Source: an uncultured delta proteobacterium
GTDB taxonomy: Bacteria > Desulfobacterota > Binatia > HRBIN30 > BPIQ01
Reading direction: 5' to 3'
Assembly (NCBI GenBank): GCA_963761335.1
Contig: CAVXGR010000012.1
Coordinates: 480,001 to 544,000 of the forward strand
DNA length: 64,000 bases
Positions 58,489-64,000 of this stretch are shown in pieces. The position numbers were made by a program, and so were the translations under genes. The notes under the pieces were generated by a model. That model was not told the DNA's origin. It searched no databases and saw only the letters and a program-made list of their open reading frames with translations. Within the stretch, counting starts at the first letter, position 1. Each line of letters starts with the position of its first letter.

Positions 58489-60650
58489 GTGGGCCTCGTT
58501 TGGGTAATTCCGTTCTCCGCCCTGCTCTCCCTGGGCTTCGTCGCATACCTGGCCTGGGATGTCCTGCGGTCCGACAGCGGTACCCCGGAGATGCGGGCGG
58601 TGAGCGACATGGTCTACGAAGGAGCGGTCGCCTTCATCAAGAGGCAGTACACGACGATCGGTGCCATGGCGCTGGTCACGGCTGTCCTCATCGCGGTGCT
58701 GGTCGCCCATTTCGAGAGCTTCTCGGAGACGGCTATCACCGGCTGGCCGCTCGGGATTCGCACCGGCATCGCCTTCTTGGTCGGGGCTGCGGTCAGTACC
58801 CTCAGCGGCATCATCGGCATGTACGTCGCGGTCAAATCGAACGTGCGTACCGCGAGCGCCGCGGGCGGCGGCGTGGGGCCGGCGCTGCGCATGGCCCTCC
58901 GCGGCGGCGCCGTGAGCGGCTTTCTGGTCGTGACGCTGTCGCTCCTCGGCGTGTACGGAATGTTTCTCCTCTACGGTGGGCGCACCGCGCCGCAGCACGC
59001 TCCCTTCCTCATCGTCGGCATGGGCTTCGGCGCCAGCTTCGTGGCGCTGTTCGCTCAGCTGGGCGGCGGCATCTACACCAAGGCGGCAGACGTCGGCGCC
59101 GACCTCGTCGGCAAGGTCGAAGCGGGCATTCCCGAGGACGATCCGCGCAATGCCGGTGTGATCGCTGACCTGGTCGGCGACAACGTGGGCGACTGCGCCG
59201 TCGCGGAGCCGACCTCTTCGAGTCGACAGTCGCCGAGAACATCGGCGCCATGATTCTGGGCGTCACCCTGTTCACCGCCACGCACCGCGTCGAGTGGATC
59301 CTCTTTCCGCTCGTCGTGCGGGCCTGCGGGCTCATCGTCTCCATCGCCGGCGTCTTTGCCACGACCGCCTTCCCCGGGCTGAAATACCGGCCGGGAGAGG
59401 AGCCGACGCGGGCGCTCTATCGGGGATTTGCCGTGTCGGCCGGGCTTGCGGCGCTCTCGCTCTGCGCCGTGGAGGAATCGATGCTCGGCGTCAGGTGGTT
59501 CGCAGCTGCGGGGCTGATCGGCCTGCTCACCAGCGTGGTCTTCGTGCTGATCACCATGTACTACACGGAGGCGGGCTTCTCTCCGGTCCAGTCGATCGTG
59601 CACGCCAGCTTGCGCGGAGCCGGCCCCACCATCATCACTGGGCTCGCGGTGGGCTTCGAGAACGCCGCGGCCCCGGTGCTGACGATCGCCCTCGCCCTGA
59701 TCGGCTCCTACTACTGCGGCACTCAAGCGGCACCCGGTCTGCACGTCTCCGCCTACCAGGGAGGAGTGTACGGAACCGCAGTAGCGACCATGGGCATGCT
59801 CATGCCGGCGGCTTTCATTCTGGCGATGGACACCTTTGGTCCGATCGTCGACAACGCCGGCGGCATCGTGGAGATGGCCGGCGCCTCAGAGGAGATCCGG
59901 CGCGCTACGGACGCCTTGGACGCCGCCGGCAACACCACCAAGGCGCTCACCAAGGGTTACGCCATCAGCTCGGCCGCGCTGGCGGCATTTCTGCTCTTCA
60001 GCGCTTACCTCGACAAGGTCGAGCTCATCCGGCGTGCGCTCGGGCGACCCGCTGCCGAGATCGCCGCCTCGCACACGGTCGACATCGGGAAGATTACCGT
60101 CTTCATCGGCGCGATGATCGGCGTCATGCTGATCTTCCTGTTCAGCTCGCTGGCGTTGCGCGCCGTCAGCAAGACCGCGGAGCGGATCATCAAGGAGGTC
60201 CGGCGCCAGTTCCGGGAGATTCCCGGCCTGCTGGCGGGGACGGGGCGGCCGGATTACGCGCGCGCCGTCGACATCACCACGCGCGGCGCATTGCGCGCCA
60301 TGATCGCCCCGGGATTGCTGGCACTGGGCGTGCCGATCATCGCCGGCGTCGTGCTCGGGGCCGAGGCCGAGGCCGCGCTGCTGATGGTCGGGACGATCAG
60401 CGGAATCGTCCTCGCCTGCGTGATGAACAACAGTGGCGGTGCGTGGGACAACGCCAAGAAGTACATCGAGGTGCACGGCGTGCGGGACGACCAGGGGCAT
60501 ATGCAGGGCAAAGGCAGCGACGCCCACAAGGCGTCCGTGGTCGGCGACACCGTCGGCGCTCCGTTCAAGGATACCGCCGGCCCATCCCTGCACGTCCTGA
60601 TCAAGCTGTTGTCCACGATCACCCTGGTGCTCGCCGCCCTGTTCATCTGA
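58489..60650 (+). CDS. hppA: Membrane-bound pyrophosphatase, predicted K+-independent H+-pump; one-base deletion near 59200
   Basis: GGGIYTKAADVGADLVGKVE, EDDPRN, GDNVGD, GNTTKA, GGAWDNAKK. Confidence 0.92.
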
Positions 60651-60804
60651 AGCGAGGGAGAAACGCGCCTCATCGATCCATGTCCTGGAAGCCCATCGCC
60701 AAGCCGGCGGCGAGCTGGAAAATCGTCCCGAGCCCGTCACCCAACCCCAGCACGCGGGTGCCGTCGGTATCTGTCCAGATCCGCCGCGACCCCAGCTTTT
60801 TCAG

Positions 60805-61188
60805 CTACAGGCCGATCTCGCGGCCGTCATTCAGCGCCAGCCAACCGCGACCGATGCGATAGAGCACCCAGATACCGGTGACGACGACGATCAGCCAGGC
60901 GAACGGAATGCCGATGATGGTGAAGAAGAGAACCGCGGCAATGACGACCCAGAGCAGCGCGTACCAAAAGGTCCGGATCTGCCAGCGGAAGTGCGACGCG
61001 AGGTATGTGCCGCGCACATCGGAACGCCTGGCGTAGTTGAGAATGACCGCCAGGATCGACGGCCAGCCGGTGAGAAACGCGGTCACGACGGCCGCAGACG
61101 AGATCACTCCCATCACCGCGCTGAAGGCGTGCAGAGCATAGATGATGTGCGTCAGGCGGATGAGACCCTCGCGTGGCGTACCGTTCAT
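60805..61188 (-). CDS. DUF4870-like membrane protein
   Basis: YLASHFRWQIRTFW, WVLYRIGRGW. Confidence 0.78.
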   Translation of the reverse strand: MNGTPREGLIRLTHIIYALHAFSAVMGVISSAAVVTAFLTGWPSILAVILNYARRSDVRGTYLASHFRWQIRTFWYALLWVVIAAVLFFTIIGIPFAWLIVVVTGIWVLYRIGRGWLALNDGREIGL

Positions 61189-61363
61189 ATCTCACTCTCT
61201 TACCGCACGGCGCCCCCGCATCCCACACCCTTGAATCGCTTCCTGCGCGAGGTCCCACCCCGCGCTTTCTCCGACCTTGCTGGGCGCAAACACGCGTTGG
61301 TCTGGTATACTAAAGGTGAATCCCTTCCGGCCAACGCAGAACCTGCGACGAGGAGAGTGAGCC

Positions 61364-62623
61364 ATGGCAACGCGATGCGAGCGGCAATCTCTGCAACTGA
61401 CACGGCGGCGCTTCACCGCTCTTGCGGCCGGCGGCATCGCCTCCCTGCTCTTGCCGGATACGCAACGGGGGCCCGCCGCAACGGGCGTCGAGGCGGGGGT
61501 TGCGCCGCTGCGCTACGCAACCGGCGACGGCTCCACGGCCGTTGCGCTGGTGGGTGTGCCGCGCGGCGGCGGTGACGATGTCGTCGAGCGCGCCGTGCAG
61601 CGTGCCGCGCTGGCGGTGACCGACTTTTCATGGCTCGGCCGCGGTGACACCGTACTGATCAAGCCGGTGTGCAACTCCGGCAACGATTACCCCGCCACCA
61701 CCGACCCGGCAGCGCTGCGCGCCATGATCCAGCTGCTCAAGCAGCGCGGCGCCGGACGGGTGCTGGTCGCCGACATGTCGGGGGTCCAATTCGTGCGCTT
61801 CTCGAAGGACCACCTGTCCGGGAGCACACGCGCGCTGATGCGCCGTAACGGCATGCTGCGTTCGATCGAGGCAGCGGGCGGGGAGATGTTCGCTTTCGAA
61901 GAAGCCGGTTGGGACGCCTTCTTCGAGGAGCGGCCGCGTGTCGCCGCGAGCTGGAAGCAGCCGATCCTGCTGCCCAGGCTTCTCGGTGAAGCGGACCACG
62001 TCGTCCTGATGCCGCGCTGCGCGCGCCACCTGCTGGCGGGCAGCACGCTCGGCTTGAAGGCCGCCGTGGGCTGGTGGCGCCACGATTCACGGCTCGAGTA
62101 TCATCACGACGCCACCACCTTCTCCCTCAAGACGGCGGAGGCGAATACGCTTCCGACCCTGCTCGCGAAGCAGCGCCTGGTGCTGACCAGCGCCACCAAG
62201 GTGCTCACCACCTTCGGACCCGACAACGGCTACGTCGTCGAGCCGCCGACCGGCTTGATCATCGCCAGCCCGTCCGTTGTCGCCCACGACATGGTCTCGC
62301 TCGCCTGGCTGCTGCAGACGCGCACCACGGTACCTGCGGCGCGCAAGGACGGCGTCTTCGACGACCCCAACCAGTCGGCCACCTACGTCGACCTCGCCAA
62401 CCGCGTGGTCAACTACTTCCTCGGTGGCGTCGGCGCGGCGCTGACCGCGGAAAGGTTGCCGCGCTACGACCTCGAACGCGTGTGGGACGATCGCGTGCTG
62501 CGCAGCGCCGCCGTGGCTTTCGGCGGCGTGCCGCGCGTCGAGCTCGTCGATGCCCAGGGCTCGGTGCCGGGGACGATCCGCGACGCCATCGCCGGCCAGA
62601 TCGCCTTGCCCGTTGGCGCGTAG
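61364..62623 (+). CDS. DUF362 domain protein with putative Tat signal
   Basis: TRRRF N-terminus; GDTVLIKP..N..YPATTDP; STLGLK. Confidence 0.78.
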   Translation: MATRCERQSLQLTRRRFTALAAGGIASLLLPDTQRGPAATGVEAGVAPLRYATGDGSTAVALVGVPRGGGDDVVERAVQRAALAVTDFSWLGRGDTVLIKPVCNSGNDYPATTDPAALRAMIQLLKQRGAGRVLVADMSGVQFVRFSKDHLSGSTRALMRRNGMLRSIEAAGGEMFAFEEAGWDAFFEERPRVAASWKQPILLPRLLGEADHVVLMPRCARHLLAGSTLGLKAAVGWWRHDSRLEYHHDATTFSLKTAEANTLPTLLAKQRLVLTSATKVLTTFGPDNGYVVEPPTGLIIASPSVVAHDMVSLAWLLQTRTTVPAARKDGVFDDPNQSATYVDLANRVVNYFLGGVGAALTAERLPRYDLERVWDDRVLRSAAVAFGGVPRVELVDAQGSVPGTIRDAIAGQIALPVGA

Positions 62624-62932
62624 CGCAATTCCGGCCGCGGCAACGACCTCGCCGGCAACGTCAGCACAAGGGCGCGGCGGGGTGCCGAGGCGAGCGACCC
62701 CGATCGGGGTGCGGCAAGACGATCAACCTCCGCGTGCGTGCTGTGCGCCGCGGCTCATCGGCGCTCGAGGAGCGATGGACGCAAAGGCGCGAAGACGCAA
62801 AGCTGTCGCTGGTGGGCTGAGGCGATTCTGCCGCGGATCACTCGCCGCGAAAACCGCGCACGTCACCGTTCGCAGAAGCGGCGGTCGGAGCGGTTGTCGC
62901 GGTGACAGGAGGGGCAACGCATGGCGTGGGCC

Positions 62933-63490
62933 TCAGGGCAGCTCGTCGTAGCGGATCGCGATGATCTCGAGCTCTTCGCTGCCGCGCGGTGTTCGCATCG
63001 TGACGACATCGCCGACCGACGCTTTCCGCAGCGCGGTGGCGATGGGCGAGACCCACGAGACACGCCCGCGGCTGGGGTCGAGCTCGTCGACGCCCACGAT
63101 GCTCACGGTCTGTTCGCCGCCGGATTCGTCGGCCACGGTGACGGTGGCCCCGAAGTACACCCGGTCGTGGGTCTTGCCCGCATTGTCGACCACGACCGCG
63201 CTGTCGAGGCGCTTCGAGAGGAAACGGATTCGGCGGTCGATCTCGCGCAGCTTGCGTTTGCCGTAGATGTAGTCGCCGTTCTCCGAGCGATCGCCGTTGC
63301 TGGCCGCCCACGCAATCGTCTCGACGAGCTTCGGCCGGTCGACATGCCAGAGGCGAGCGAGCTCGTCGTTCAGCCGCTTGCGCCCGGCCGGCGTAATGTA
63401 GTTCGTGAATCCGCCGGCGATGGCGGGCTCGTCGGCGAGATCGCGGTCGACGTCGTCACCGTCGGATTCTTTCGTGAATGCTTTGCTCAT
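62933..63490 (-). CDS. greB: Transcription elongation factor GreB
   Basis: NYITPAG, WAASNGDRSENGDYIYGKRKLREIDRRIRFL, SWVSPIA. Confidence 0.95.
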   Translation of the reverse strand: MSKAFTKESDGDDVDRDLADEPAIAGGFTNYITPAGRKRLNDELARLWHVDRPKLVETIAWAASNGDRSENGDYIYGKRKLREIDRRIRFLSKRLDSAVVVDNAGKTHDRVYFGATVTVADESGGEQTVSIVGVDELDPSRGRVSWVSPIATALRKASVGDVVTMRTPRGSEELEIIAIRYDELP

Positions 63491-63536
63491 ACCTCGATCG
63501 ACCTCGCGTCGTTGTCCCAGCCGGTCGCGCCCGCCG

Positions 63537-63680
63537 CTGTTGAGTTGTTCGTTGTTGGGTTGTTGGTTGTTGGGTCAGAAGGGAGCGGAGGTGTTTTGGG
63601 GGTGTAGGAGCGGGGGTCGGGGGTCAGGGGTCGGGGGAAGAACTCTTTGCCAACCCCCGACCCCTGACCCCCAACCCCTG
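63537..63680. repeat. Heptamer-repeat hairpin with cyclase-linker remnant and GTTG-rich tract
   Basis: gggggtc x3 facing gacccc/aacccc units; adjacent minus-strand PRSYTPK remnant. Confidence 0.7.
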
Positions 63681-63746
63681 CAGTCCGGCGCCTGCAACGC
63701 TCCGAAACGCTTCACGACTGTCCGCGATGCTCTTGAGGTGGCGCGG

Positions 63747-64000
63747 TCAGCTTGCCGTCGGGCGAAAGAGATCGATGAGCTCTTTACAATAGCGGACGAC
63801 GGAGCTCAGGTGCTGCGGTGGGGTATTCCCGACTCGGACGACGATCAGGTCGAGCTTCGGGCTGATCAGAATGCGTTGGCCGAAAGCGCCGCTGTAGAAC
63901 AACCCGAGGCTGCCCGCGGCGTCGGCGTCTTGCCGATAGCGCTCGGCGACGATGGCGCCATGCTGTACGACGACGACCGCATTGGTGCGGCCGAGGTCGT
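63747..64000 (-). pseudogene. Serine hydrolase fragment with large internal deletion (partial)
   Basis: TNAVVVVQHGAIVAERY joined within ~10 residues to GAFGQRILISPKLDLIVVRVG; the SxxK region is missing. Confidence 0.6.

Noticed and set aside
48700..59210. Programmed frameshifting in several genes
   Set aside because: Scattered single-base indels in unrelated genes without slippery motifs; sequencing error or decay is more likely.
60674..60795. TDGTRVLGLGD malic-enzyme-like snippet on minus strand
   Set aside because: Too short, with no start or context.

Overview
High-GC bacterial window. The gene content (dockerin-like and CTERM-anchored surface proteins, many double-zinc-ribbon adenylate cyclases) resembles Deltaproteobacteria/Binatia-type genomes; this is an inference. 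In order: housekeeping clpP-tig; a serine hydrolase and a ThDP enzyme; secreted proteins; a HEPN/MNT pair; a single-chain biotin-dependent carboxylase; and a compact RiPP-like operon at 16.4-20.8 kb (stand-alone PqqD/RRE, a 51-aa peptide with a lasso-type YxxPxL leader but only a tiny Ser-containing tail, a GT2-RRE fusion, an S24/S26 peptidase, an HPr-kinase-like protein, a GT4; no lasso cyclase). Next comes a ~12 kb minus-strand array (21-33.4 kb) of one intact zinc-ribbon/class III cyclase/ATPase/TPR gene among many fused N- and C-terminal paralog fragments, interleaved with toxin-antitoxin modules. It is followed by an NDP-sugar/glycosyltransferase locus with an acyl-ligase/ACP/GNAT trio, a P450-cNMP fusion, a Cys/Trp-repeat surface protein, a radical-SAM activase fused to a glycyl radical enzyme, hppA, a DUF362 protein and greB. 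Heptamer-repeat hairpins, a CTAG-flanked MITE-like element and other palindromes are also present. Single-base frameshifts cluster in 48-59 kb and may be sequencing errors. All family assignments come from motif recognition by eye; no searches were run.
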